Assembly (NCBI RefSeq): GCF_009834535.1
Contig: NC_045696.1
Span: 16,680,001-16,744,000 of the forward strand
DNA: 64,000 nucleotides
Direction: 5' to 3'
Source of the DNA: Camelus ferus
Taxonomy: Eukaryota
In this document: positions 24,893-38,439 of the stretch, piece by piece
Numbering within the stretch: the stretch's first letter is position 1
Layout of the letters: each line of letters begins with the position of its first letter
The notes under the pieces: model-generated
What the model was told of the DNA's origin: nothing
Seen by the model: only the letters and a program-made list of their open reading frames with translations
Databases searched by the model: none
Program-made: the position numbers and the translations under genes

Positions 24893-27800
24893 AAGAAGGC
24901 TAAGGAATAAGGTGACTGAGCATTGCATAAGGGAGCAGGAGGGGGTGGGCTATCCTCTGGGAAGTGTAATGGAGAGGCAGGAAAAAGAATCAGAGGAAAC
25001 TAAGGATCAGGGGAACTGGAAATACAGCTCAAGTAGCGCATGTGCACTGCTAATCTTAAAGACTAAGATAATTAAAAATAAGGATGCATACTTGAATGGC
25101 AAATAAAAAGTAATATCAAAGATTCAGTAGAACATGTCAACAGATATTGGCATTAGACAAAAATGTTTGACTTCCCGCCCCCACCCCCCATTGAAGAAAA
25201 AATTCACTTCTTGCATGTTATTGGAATTTAAGTGTTTAAGTGTTCTGGCCTTAAGTTTCCTGCTATTTGCTGCCATCAGTTGTTTGAAATGGTTGACTAA
25301 AGCGAATCATTTTGTTTTGGTATATGAGCTTTATGTTACTATTCTCTTTGTAGCTGAAATGAGCAGTGGAAAATAGCCTTTCTGCAAAGTCGGTCCTTTA
25401 AAATAGGCACCACTGTTCCAGACAGCAGGCTAATTTTCGAGTTCATCAGATGTGTATTTATATGGTGAATGTATCTGTCACATAAACATTTTGTCAATCA
25501 CGCCTTCCTTCTGTTCTGACACAGTCTGCTAGAGTACCATCAAAATGTGATGAATGTTGTGCTTGTTCCAAGTGAGAATTAATTATGGCAATGACAAGTG
25601 TGTTTCCAAAGCCACCCATTTTCTATGACCATACTTCATTAACAGAAGCAACTGTTGAAGATTCAAATAAAAAAATTAAGTCCACAGTTGATTTAGCAAA
25701 TCCTTTAGTTTGGCCCTTAAATTACTTTATCCTTTAAATAAAATTTTTGCCAAAATCAACTCAACATAAATAGTTGCAATGAGTCTAAGGTCTGAAACTG
25801 ATCAGGATGAGAGAGAATCATCAGTGAGAAAATTGTTTATTCTACTTCTCCTCTGAATCCTTTGAGACTGATTTTAAAAAATTATAATGATATACAGAGA
25901 GCTTAAGAACATGGGGGTCATTCAAAAAGGATTTGAAGAAGATTTTGCCTGTAGATTTGATTCATGTAAATTTGAATAGAATAATGATAAACTAGAATAT
26001 TTGATGTTTGCAGTGTGATGTCTTAGAATCCCTAATGTATCTAGATCTTTACATTTCCTTTGGACTTATTTTCTTAAGAACTTACATGTTCCTGAAGGAT
26101 ATTATTGTAAAGAGGATCCCATTAGTTTGTGAACATGACTGCATATAATCGAACAAGTAGCCTGAAGATGATAAATACTCAAACGTAGCAATTTAAAAAT
26201 AAGTTTAGGATGACCAAAGAATGTTAAATTATATCCCCAGAGGTCTCAATCTAAAATAGCTATTCAAGCATTGTACACACACACTCGAGAGGAATACCTG
26301 TGATATTATTATATCAGACTCTTCTAATAGACAACATTGAATTGGTTTAAATAATAATGATAATGATAATTAATAATAATAATTTTAAAAATAACGTGTA
26401 AAAAAGCCCTTATGTGTCAAGCATTTGGCCTATATTTGTTTCACAAAATTCTTCAGCATTTTTTTCCAAATGTATGTAACAATTGTAGATGACCCATCTT
26501 AAATTGCCAACATTTTACCCCATTTTACCCCCTGAATGGCAATTTCATGTAGTTTAATCCAACAGAAGTGCAGGTGAACAGACAATAGGTAATTGGATGC
26601 CTAAAAACCACTAGGCCTACTAAGTTGAAAGGAAGGGAAGCACATCAAATATAAAGGGATAACAAATCAGACCCAGCGCAAGTGTGGAACAAGGACTGTA
26701 TAGCTCTCTGACCCCTGGAAGAAAGAGTAGGGACAGAATTCATGGCCAAACAGATGAAGTCGGTGAGGTACAGATACCAGTTACCAAATAAACGCAAGTG
26801 TAAATCGACAATCTACAAATAAGACAGTGTGACAGGTGATACAAAGGCAGAGAAATCCCACACGATGCCCTTTAAAAAGCGTTTACAAATGAGTCACAAA
26901 TCTGCCTCATTGCCCTACGCCACATGCCTATCACCAAGGCTTTTTATGTTATAACTTTTAATGTAATTCGAACGGAAGAGAAATGTAGGTTTTATTATTA
27001 ATTATTTGAATGACATGAGCATCTGAAATGCTGTTAATGTAACTATTTGTAAATTAGGTGGCATTTTTTTGAAATTAATAGATGATTCATTCACATATTA
27101 CCAATATTTATTCATAAAAGGAAAATGAAGAGAAGGAAAACGTTGGCAATAAGGTATTCCCCACACTTCTATTGTCTTTGAGTGAAATTAAGAAAAATCA
27201 ACTTACATCATGGAGGGCTTTGTGGGAGACCCCGAGAAGTCTCCTGCATGTGCCTGGAGACCTCCTGAAACTACCTTTTCCTAGGAAATAAATGGGATAG
27301 AAACTGTTGCTTAATTTCCCGAAACAGGATCATCCAGGCCTTTGTGTGCTTTCTAAAAACAGGCTGAATTACTACAACAGCAGAGGAGAACATATACTGT
27401 CTGCTGACTGCTGATAAAACGATCTCTGTTTAGAAATTGTGTCTGTTTGCTTTCTATTTTTACACAGAACAGGATAAAACCTGCCCTCCTGGCTTCTTAG
27501 AGTCCCAGGGTAGGGGAATCATCATGACCCACAACTCCTGCTAGTAGGAAAGCGCAAAGAGGATTAAGACCAGCTTCTTCCCTTGCTGGGAACTGCAGAT
27601 AAAACCTCTGTTGCTTGCTCATCTCCAGCTTCAAAATGCGCAAAGGCATCTCTGCAGCTTAGACTGGGTGTCACCTCTGACCGTATCTGGCTTTTGAAGA
27701 CATCTAGGCATTGGCCCAGCACTGTTTTTTTGGTTAATTATGTAGAAGTCAAATTGTATGCTTGCCTTTTTGTGTCCTGAAGTTTTGTCTCATTCTGAAA

Positions 27801-28420
27801 ATAATGAGTATAAGAATAAGCATGATCTGGTCTGGACAAGTAAGACGGCCCAAGTATGACAGATCTGTGGTACAGGAATCAAGATTTAAGATTCCTTTAA
27901 GATTCCTGTCAAATACTTTAAAGAATGTACAAAATTTTGTGCGCATGTACTATATTTGTTTTTCTAGGACGTGGTCTATAATGTTATTATATCTTTAAGA
28001 GTATCTGAGATATAAATAAGTACAAAATAAATTAAGAGCCACTGATATAAGGAAGAGGGCAGGCCATCTACAGAAGGATCCCTGCATCATTTCCAAAAAG
28101 AGATGGCATGGTACAGCAAGAACAGACTTGATTGGAAAAAGTCTGTAAAAACCAAACTTGACCAAACTACACACACTCACACAAACCAAGGTATAATCCA
28201 TTGCATATTTTCGATCTGAAGGAACACTAAGAAACTGGTCTTGAAAAGTGAAATGCAATCATAACTTTTCAGTGTATCTCTAGCATTTTGGTTAGAGAGA
28301 GGAATCTGACTCAGGAACTCAAGAATTGATGTATCGAAGGTTACTTGGTGTGGTCACTGCTTGACGATACCAACATAAAGATCGTCTAATGCATTCTCCC
28401 TTCTTTGTGTCCATACTCAC

Positions 28421-28636
28421 CAAGCAATCTGGTAACAATTTATCTTTCAGTATAGACTATCTACACCCACAGGTAGGTAGTTTACTGCTTAGTGGATATA
28501 AGTATTTGCTTTCCTTGGTTACTTGAACTTTTCAAGGTAAATTAATGATTGGTATCTGATTTATATATTCTTCCATGAACTTGGTTAGTATCAGTGTGTT
28601 CCAAAGGTGATGTTTTCCTATCTCAGCTCACTCTAC
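28421..28636 (-). other. Candidate 216-nt non-coding exon (minus strand)
   Basis: Minus strand: branch-like CTGAC, cattctttttgtgtttcAG acceptor at 28637/28636, donor TTG|GTGAGT at 28421/28420; stops in all three frames within the first 15 nt. Confidence 0.3.
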
Positions 28637-30519
28637 CTGAAACACAAAAAGAATGGTCAGGGTCCAATAATTCATGTTAATAAAGCTTACCTGAAAATAT
28701 TTTCTGCTTACCTGAAAATTTTTTCAAGACCAAGAAAGTCTTGTAAATAGCTTCCTTAAAATTTAAAAAATGTACAAAATGTATAATTATTAGTCAGCTT
28801 CTCAGATTTTGGGGGGGCCTCAGAAACTGAAGATGTTTTTGTAGATTAATTCATTGGATTAAAATTTGGAAACCATTCTTTATGTATACTGAATTTTCTG
28901 GTAATTCAATAGAAAATACGTAAGGTGATTTGTCAGGGTTTTCTAAGACTTTACAAAACCCTGAACATATAGAAAATACAAGTCAGTCAAAAGCTCTGAT
29001 CTTCCAGGAAGTGCCCTTTATCTGAAAAAAAAAATTCTAGGTTATTGGATATTAATGACTAATGCAGTTCTATCTAGGAGAATACATGAACTAGCAAGGA
29101 GAGACTAGGTGCAGAGAAAAGTAAACCTGACACGGGAGTGGGTGGCCAGACACTGTGAAACCTGCACTGCAGCAGGGGTGAGAACTCAGGGCCATATTAT
29201 CTAGCCATTATCATCTGACCTATGTTGGTAGTGGTCAACATACCATTTAAAAAACACTTGCATTCAAAGAGAAGATACAAGAATAATGTAAAAATGTTCA
29301 AATGAGATAAAAGTAGTGCAGTAATTCATGGTTAATAAAACTAAGAAAGTTTATTATTATGTTTGTGAGTGTTGTTTTTCCATCATAGTCTGATTCTTTA
29401 CCAATGTTGGAGGTCACTTACATTCACGTGTAGATAAAAGGTTCTAAGACAAACATCAACTTGATACCATTACAACTGAAATGACTCATAAAAGTGTCGC
29501 CACTTTGTAAAGAAGGGTTATGGCAAATGTGAGTAGCTTTTCCAATATTTTAAAGCTTGGACTTAAGTCTCATAATGCGTATTTCATAATAACCTGAGAA
29601 CTTGCTACTTGGCTACTAGGGGTGATTATTTTTGTCTATGTGGGTTCCATCTAAGATAAGAAAAAAAGATTCTCTAACATCTGGGCTCAAGAGCGACTTA
29701 TGTAAAGATTCTGGACATAAATGACCTGTCAGCTTCTGAGGGCCATCAAGGGAGAGAAGGGTTTTGCACTGAATATATGTAAATAGGGTGGTGCAGCTAT
29801 ACTGAAGTGGGAAAGTTAATGTTTTCTATGCCCATGACTGGTAATTTCCTGATTGCCTGCTTCATTCTAAAATTGTGTTCCATCTCATACTTTGGAGCTG
29901 GTAACACCAAAGACATCATGGGTGGTTGAGGAATGATTATTCCCTGAAATGAATATAGGAGAAACAAACAAACAAAAAAAACAAGTGCTGGGAAGATCAT
30001 GGGCCAGGGAATTAGTGTCTCCTGAAGTAAAGTGAGAAACAATGGATGGTTTCTATACAATTAGAAAGAGGAGATGATTGATTAATCCTTTATTTATTCA
30101 GCTATTGCATGAATATTAACTTGATACCTGGACTTTTGTTCTATACACTAGTCCAGAACATTCACTCAATTACTCCAGAAATACATATTGAGTTTTTACT
30201 ATATGATATGATCATTTACCTTGGATTGCAAACTTCTAGAAGACAGAGTCTAAGGAAATCCTCATAATGCAATGTTTCTAACATCAGCACATGCAATTTT
30301 ATGTTTTCAAATGATGATAATGATGATGATTCTGATGATAGAAAATATTAAAAAATCTTCTTGAAATACAATGTTGAAAAGTGACACAAGAATGAAAGTG
30401 AAAAATAAAGCAACACACTTAGTTTTACATTATTTTGTAGGAAAGGGAATGGTTACCCCCGAGGCAAGATCATGAAGGAGTATAAAATACTTTGTATCAC
30501 CTTTAAAAACTTGCTAGTA

Positions 30520-30775
30520 TAATTGTAAATGTTGCATAACAATCCACTATATGGCTGTACCATAATTTACTTAGTCATGTCCTTAGTGATCATAATACAG
30601 CATTTATCTTGGTATATAAATATTTTCTGGCTTAAGCTTTAACTCAGCATAGAGTCTCAGAAGTAGAATTTTGACTCAAAGGGCACGGGTAATTTTATGG
30701 CTCTTCGGGTCTACCATGAAACCGGTTTCTAGAAATGTGCACCACTTGATACTCAAACCAGCAGCGCAGGGTGAA
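30520..30775 (-). mobile_element. Ancient L1ME fragment
   Basis: gtaccataatttactta...cagaagtagaattttgactcaaaggg...tactcaaaccagcag. Confidence 0.55.
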
Positions 30776-33700
30776 GATTAACCCAGACTTGAATGACTAA
30801 GACGAGAAAAGAAAGGTTGCACCTAGTGTGTACCTCCAGGCACAATGCTTTCACACATACTGCATTATTTAAAGATCACAGCTACCCGGCGGAAAGTTTT
30901 GTGGTTGAAATTAAGACTTGAGAAAAAGCTTGAATGATGCATAGATTTGGAAAAGGTGAAAAGAATGAGGAAGTGCCTTCCAGATGGCAGAAACTCCGGG
31001 AACACGAAATTGTAAGCAAATATAGTTCTGTGGTCTTTGAGGTTAGCCTGAGATAGCACCCCCCTACTCCCTCTGTATGTTCTGAACCAACTGAAAAATA
31101 TGACAGTAGTAAAGCAGAGGGGGACAAAAATGCTCCTTCTGCGGTCAAGGGTTTTCTAAAGTGAAAATCCCCAGACTAGTCATCGAAGATCAACCTTCCA
31201 TTCTACTCCATCTCACTCTGCTGCTGCTTCACTTTGGGGCAGAGCTCTTTAGCATTTAAGTAAGGAGGAATAGGTGTGTTTCCTGCAGGTAGGCTCATGT
31301 CAAGGGAGGAAAGGAGCCCGAAGGGGGCTGCCAGATTTCTCCTTCCAATCTCGGAAATGGGTAAATTACTCCACTGGGGAAAAGGAGTGAGTGAGAGGGA
31401 GAGGAAAGGCTGGGATTCCTCCATCTAGAAGAGTTCCCTGCCTCGAGTAAGATAAAATCAGGAGCACGGATGAGTTGTTTACTCCTGACCACAGGGCAAC
31501 TTGAGAACAGTGCAGACTGGCCTGGTTACAGCTGATGTTGGGAGTTACGAGAAGGCTGATTTGTGGGTCTTCTGAAATGTCATGTTGAGGTATCACCTTT
31601 TGCCTTTGGGGACCTCTGGTGATTCCTGAGCCACAGAGATGTAGTGTAACCTTTCTCTCTCTCTCATATTGTAATTGTCCCTTTTGCCTGCTCAAGCTGT
31701 TGAATTCCACACCAATGGAGAAGATGCAAGGTCTTAAGTAATGATTCTAGTTTGTCTTGGACTGGGTCCTTCCTTTAGGTGGCCTTCTGTCTTCCACTAT
31801 GTTCTTTTGTGGACCAAAAGCAACTAAAGAAAAATTGGCACTACAGTAATTCCATTATGGAAATTTTTCTGAAAATATGGCTTAGAATTATGAAACATCA
31901 GTGGCTGCAGATGAGGTAATAAAATCATTAATTTAAATTTTTTTGTGAGGTAGTGGTGGGACTCTTGTGCCAAGTCACTACTCTTTTGTTCACCACCAAC
32001 CTTCCTCTATGAGAAGAGATAATTCTATGGCCAATTCAGTGTGCCTGTCTTGTACAGTTCCTAGATCAGGAGCACAGCTGATGACTTCAGGGTGGAACAT
32101 TCGAGCAGGAGAATGATGGTGCTTACAGAACTGAAAGGAAAGTGATGCCCTCTGTGAGTTTTCAGTTAAAGGATAAAGCTTTAACCCTCAGCAGTAGGTA
32201 ATGGCTTCACATACGTGTCCCTTACTGAATCAGTTGTAGGTTCTGTTCCAGTTTATGACCGTAATAGCTGTAAACTGTCAAGACAAAGTCTTTATTGCCA
32301 TGGACGATTACCTGTGCTTCAGGGCTCTGTTGTGACCAAAAAGTCATTGAAGGCCTTATACTTTCCACTTCCCTTATAAATAATCAGGACAGTTGAATCT
32401 TTCAGACCCCCAAGACTGCTTGCATCAAGAAACAGAGCATTTTTTCATTATAGATTACAAAATATTGTTATAGAGTATATTTGAACATAGTATCTTTTTT
32501 CCAAGAGAGTAAAACATATTCTTGTTTTTAATATTTGGGAATTTATTCAAATGGGCAATGAAAGCCACCCCACTATTGCATGGAACTGATTGCCATAGTT
32601 CGTGTTACCCTGTGGGGCTGAGGCAGACAGCTCTGTGGAGCCTGGACTGGAGTTTCGCTCAGCAAGTCCTGCTGGAATGGCGGTGGGTGTGGCTTGCTGC
32701 CTTGCTGTGCTCGAATGATGGTCCCTGTTTCCCACCCGTGACCGTTCTGCAGTAGATGATAAGCTTGCCTACACTTGGCACTTTCATAGCATCATCTGCA
32801 TCCTCCCCACAGAAATAATTTCCATTCTGCTGTTTTTCCATCACTTCCAGAGTCCACTCTTGGGCTTCACCCTATATTTCCAGAGATCCTTACACAATAA
32901 CAGCTCTCTATCAGAGAACAGAGCATGTTTTGTGGTTTGCAAATATAACATTCATAATTTGCCATAGAATGCCTTTTCCTCTTCTTCCTCCTTCTCCTCC
33001 TTCTCCTCTTCCTTCTGGTGAAAAGAAATAACTAAACCACATTCATTTTAACCACAATACATTATTAGAAATTTTTTTTTTTTTTTTTTGCAGACTAGGA
33101 GAGTGGCAGGGTTTGGGTGCACCATTTTAATATGAGAAAGGGAACATATTACTTACAATGTAAATTTTTGTCAACAAGAGCTCTTAAAATATTTCTTTCT
33201 GTATTTGTAAAAAGACACGTACATAGTTACAGAAACTATGACTGCATAATAAAGAAACCCCATGGATACCCTTAACTTGGTTTTGGACAGCCAAAAGTCC
33301 CAAATGTTTTCAGCTGTGTTTCACGTAATGACAAGGAGATAGTACTGATACCCAATCTTCACACCCCATCACACAAGAGAATCTGAAGGCCATTGAGCAC
33401 TGAATTTTCCCCTTGTACTGCAATTACAGGAACACCTGTGCTACCTAGCTGTGCACTGAGGCCCGTGAAATGCAATGTTCCAGAGCTGTCAAAATGTCTC
33501 ACTTCTTGCCTTTAATTCAGGGCCCTAATTGTGGTCAATATGGTTATTATGTTGTACCATGCTTCATTTATAAGCACACAGCAGAAAGGCTAATAACTTT
33601 AGATTAAATCCAGAGGGCTCTTGTAAATATTCACTCAGGTCTGTGTACCTTTCCTTAAATAGGACTTATAGTATATTTGCAAAAGAAAAACGGGGTTTTC

Positions 33701-35699
33701 TGTAATATAAAAATAATCCTTAAATCATAAGGAAGCTTGAGCAGAACATGTTAATCCAGACACAAATGCAGGTTCTCAGATATCTCTCAGCTTCAAGGTC
33801 CAAGTTATGTAGTTTAAGCTCTGTCCAAATACAAGAGCAGGAAATGTTGACTTTATTCACTGGGTGATATGGTGTAGTTGCAACATCTGAACAAATTTAC
33901 AGTGACTTTTTTTTTTTTTAATGTCAAATCAGATCAAGTGATCTGAAAAGGACTTCATCTATTGAATGAAATTATTTACATGACCAATTTAGAAATTTTA
34001 GATTATATATTTAATAGATTAGTTTTACTGAAATGAATACAACTCTCAGGAATCGATACTCTACCAGAAACTCCCTTAGAAACAGGATGTGTCATTTCTA
34101 CATTTAATAGCTTTCAAGAAGATGGTTAAGAAGAAAATGGCACCAACTGGTAAATAATGGCAGTAAAAGTGGATTCAAGAACATAAGTGTTCTAGGATAT
34201 AGGTGTATACCAGGTCGAAGACTGAGCTCTTGTTGTTACATTTTTCTAACACAGATATTCTTTTGTTTAATCTAAAGTTCTACTGGGCTATGAGCTCTTT
34301 GAGTTCGGGACTGTGCTTGGTCTCTGTTACCAGGAAATCACATAACACCCAGTAGGTCCTCAAATATGGGTGGCATATGTTGAACTGAAATAAGACTCAC
34401 ATTTGGTTATTAAATATTCTTAGTGAATCTTTGTATCTAAGAATTTCTCTGACCCCTGATTTTTAACACTTCATGGGTATCCAACAGAACTGTTAGATTT
34501 GTGTTGGGTGAAAATTGAGACTGTGGTACCTAAGATACCCTTGCAGTGCGCTCCTATGTTGCCTTATGCTAATCGCTGACTGTGAGCCCATGTTGTTTAT
34601 AACTGTGTTTATGTGTCTGTCCCTTCAACTACCTGATGGGCAGATGTTGAATCTTTTTCATTTTTTTTATTTTTTGCCTGGCACTATTTGCTTTGCAAAC
34701 AGTGGGCTTTTGAACTTAATTAATTAATGTTTAACATTTTGGTAATAGTAGGTAAGTCATTGTTTTATCCTGTTAACTGATAAAAGAGAGATTTTAGGCT
34801 TACAAAATTAATCATAGCAGTGCATTTTTTTTTAGATTTTAATATAGTTAACCTTTTTTGTGTATGATTTGTCAATGTTCTAGAAGTGCTTTTAATTCTT
34901 AGGAAAGTTAGTCTTTAAATTTAATAAAGGACTTTTCCTGTTGCTCTGCCACCAGGGAGAGTTGATGCTTCACTAGAAGCAGAAGTTAAATTATGGAATC
35001 AAGTTTCTTCAGTTCTGTTTGTTCCTTTCTGAAGCTGTGGTACAGTTATGACTCTAGATCAGAACTTTTTTTATAATTCAGAGAAACTAATTAATTCATA
35101 TGGAGATAGATTCTGTGACAGTAACATTATTTATGCTATTTATTGACCAACAAATGCAACTTTCTAAATGAATAAACTGAAAAATTGAGTCAAAGAAAAT
35201 CATCTTGAGAACATCACAAGTTTACCTGAGATTTCCTAATACTGTGGCAAATTCCAGCTGCATACTTAGTGCAAAGATCAATTTTGAAAGTAACACCTAT
35301 AAGACAACCATATTATTATGCTAATGTGGTACTAAAGGCTTTTATTCTGTAATGAAAAAGATACCCCAGACATCCCCTAGTTAAAGGATATGATCTAGCC
35401 ACAAACAAAATTAAATCCATGGAATGGAGAGATGATAACAATACAAACATTTTATATAATTAAAAAAATATTTACAAAATACTTCAAAGTCCAAATGAAA
35501 AGACTCTGACTATGTCTGTGGAGTTAGGGCAACCTTTCCCATTAAATTGTCTCTCTTCCTTCTTCTCATAAAGCAAATGTTTCAAGAAGCAAGATAATTC
35601 TAGAGTCATTCCTGAAGTCTGCATTGTATGAAAACAAAACGCTATCAGGTCTGTGAAGTCACTTGGTTCAAGGCAAGTGAGATGAAGTCATTTAGAACT

Positions 35700-36220
35700 T
35701 CAGATGGTCCCTTCTGCCCTCTGGATGAGCGTCAAGCTTCTAGAGAACTTCCTTCTGGTCCCCAGTGTCTCCCCATCTCTTCTGCCTTCTGTCTACCAAC
35801 CACCTTTCACTTGGACTTCAGCCAGAGTGACCTATTTGTCAATTACCAAATGCCCCACACTCTCTTTTGACCCTGGGCATTTGCATGTGTTTGCCTTGCC
35901 TGGAGTGCTTCTGTCCTGTGTAAGCCTGGTGAATTTCTCATCCTTGGGGTATCAGTCTAGAAGACAGTTGTTCCAAGAGTCTCTGCTCATCCCCAAAGTC
36001 ATGGTTAGTGCTCCCACCACAGCCCCCCTCAGGTGCATGGTGCTTCCATTGCTGCCACACTCACCGCTCAGTGGGATGTTGATTTCCTCCTTATTCCTCT
36101 GAATTTCTCACTTGATTTCACGCTCCATGAGAGCAGGAGCTATGTCTCCCTTAACTCGGTTGCATCCCCAGCAGCAAGCACGCTCAGTAAATATTCTTGA
36201 ATGAATGAATAATTGAACGG
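35700..36220 (+). mobile_element. L2 LINE 3' region
   Basis: gggcatttgcatgtgtttgccttgcctggagtgc...gctccatgagagcagg...gctcagtaaatattcttgaatgaatgaat (L2 tail). Confidence 0.65.
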
Positions 36221-37119
36221 ATGTAAAATGCTACAGGTATTTCTGTTTTCTTCTGAGAAGGTTTCCATTACAGCTTGAGTGCAACTAGTTTACCTTAAAA
36301 TATTTAATAATTGCTATTATTATGCTTATTTTTGAAGGGTTAAGATCAAGGTTTCTTACCTCTTTTGTAGACTTTAGTTCTCTTTTAATATCTTATTAAT
36401 GATTTTTTTTTTGAAGTTAGAAAAAAAAAAAAAAACAAAAACTACTCAGTCCAACTCTGCTGCTTGCCTAAGACCAGTACTCAATATTGCATGAGTAAAA
36501 TGCGGCTGTTGCTCACCACAATTTGCTTGCTTTTGTAGTTTGACATTAAGGGTGTAGTTATGTAAACATATCTAAAAGATCTTATTACCCAAAGCAGCTA
36601 AGTCTTCACGTAGACAACCCTCCAGCTCTGGCTACCCAAGCACTCTGATGGAGCTATTTTTTCCACAATATATAACAAAGCTATATTATAAAAACCACAA
36701 TAACTGTGAGATTTTAATTTCATTGAACTTAATTTTGTAATCTCCTATTAAAGCATAGACTTATTGTCCTTACTGAAAAGAGTTATTCTATTTTAATGAT
36801 CAAGAACACAATAGGTATTGCCAAGAAACTGTAATTTTATTTCTAAATGAAGGCAAAGACTACCCAAAAAGAATTGGAGTATTCTCAACTAAAATAAAAT
36901 TTCTTACTGACAAGCAAGAAGTGTTTAAAATTGTTTGTACTGAATGTTTAGTAAATTAAGTCAGCATTATTAGATAAGAAGCTTTTTGATATAGTACATA
37001 TATGTATTTAAAGGACCCAGGATACCAATTTTATTTTTTTTTACACTGATATATTAAATAAATGAGCATTTCTTGATCTATGCTTCAGGGAAGACTAGTG
37101 TCCTGAGAACTGTTAATAG

Positions 37120-37290
37120 GTGTTTTGGGAAAAAAGAATTTCTTGGCTAAATGAGATTGTTAAATGCTGCAAACTAAATTACCATCCTAACTAGTCACAG
37201 TATGCACTGGCATTTTAAAAGCTCGAAGAGCTCCCAAAGTAAAGAAAACTGTTTAAGCATGTTTGACCTAGTACTTCTCAAACCTCTTTA
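37120..37290. mobile_element. hAT-Charlie fragment (Charlie4-like)
   Basis: aagctcgaagagctcccaaagtaaagaaaactgtttaa...cttctcaaac; similar to the copy at ~43.2-43.4 kb. Confidence 0.4.
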
Positions 37291-37299
37291 AAAGTTTTT

Positions 37300-38070
37300 A
37301 ACCTTAATGGTCATAATTCTATAAATTCAGAAAATAACATAAGTACACAGCATAATGAATTATAAGCTGTACACCATGGGAACCACCATCCAGGTTAGGA
37401 GATAGAATATTCTCAGTTATCTCACACACTTTCCACGTGCTCCCTCCTTCCCCCAGTTAAACCCCCCCATACCACCCCCACCAAAACGAACCACTATCCT
37501 GGCTTCTTTGGGAGTCTATTTCCTATGCTTGTTTTCCACACAAATGCCACTGTAATTGAGTTGTGCCTTTTTATGTCTTTAAGCATTAAAAAATGCCCCT
37601 CTTTCCACATACATATGTAATATTTACAAATATAAATGTAAATCTAAATATATAAATATATATATATGTAGATTTCTTCCCCCATTGTAGTTTTGTGTAT
37701 GCTTCTGTCCTCTGCTTTTCCTATTTATTGACAGATTGATTTAGAAATTCATGTTCAGTCATTTGAAAAGCCTACTTCATAAGTGGCAACATTTCCTTCT
37801 ATTGGGAAGGCTTAATGATTGGTTGTCTCTATTTTTGTGATGTTTATTAAGTCCATTAATCTATTGTCTTAAAAGATGATTATTGAATTTTTAAATTTAT
37901 TAATTTACTAGTTAGAATACCTTTACAGAAAGATATTTCACCTCATTGGTTCTTTGATTATCTGAAGTTGTGTATTTAAAATAGGAAATGCAGAATAAAT
38001 GCCATATACTTTCCCCTTATCAATTTTTAAAATAAAGAATTGATTTCTTAGCATTTTCCACAGATGGTTT
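37300..38070 (-). mobile_element. Ancient L1ME 3' fragments
   Basis: aaccaccatccaggttaggagatagaatatt...aaccactatcctggcttct. Confidence 0.55.
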
Positions 38071-38439
38071 TTTAATTATTTGAATTATTTTTTAATTAAA
38101 ATGTAAAAGACTTTTTTTTAACCAAGCACATGTTGTCAAAGGTGACACCAGTGTCATTATCACTGCTCACCATGATAACTAAGTTACCAGCTATTGGTGG
38201 GTTGATGCTCACAGTATTTCTGCCCAGAATTTTTTACCTGCTTCATGTGTGTACTTTCCACGGATCCTTTGTGTGGGCCAGATCATCTGTGCTGTTGTTA
38301 CAGAGACAGATACAGGTGGGTTTTTAAAAAAATATTTGATATGTTTATATCTACTGAAGACATACTCCTTAAAAATTAATCTTAGATCACACAATCCTAA
38401 AATTCATTTTTTAATATTTCTGAGTTTTATATAAGCACA

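Noticed and set aside
28685..28719. Tandem gcttacctgaaaat x2 (minus-strand CAG|GTAAGC) as recursive splice sites
   Set aside because: Simple 21-bp-period duplication with A-rich, weak pyrimidine tracts
32522..32844. GC-richer patch with overlapping 61-77 aa ORFs
   Set aside because: No recognisable protein and only weak splice signals; cannot support a CDS
35704..36102. 132-aa ORF
   Set aside because: Within an L2 fragment; low-complexity Leu/Ser/Pro composition
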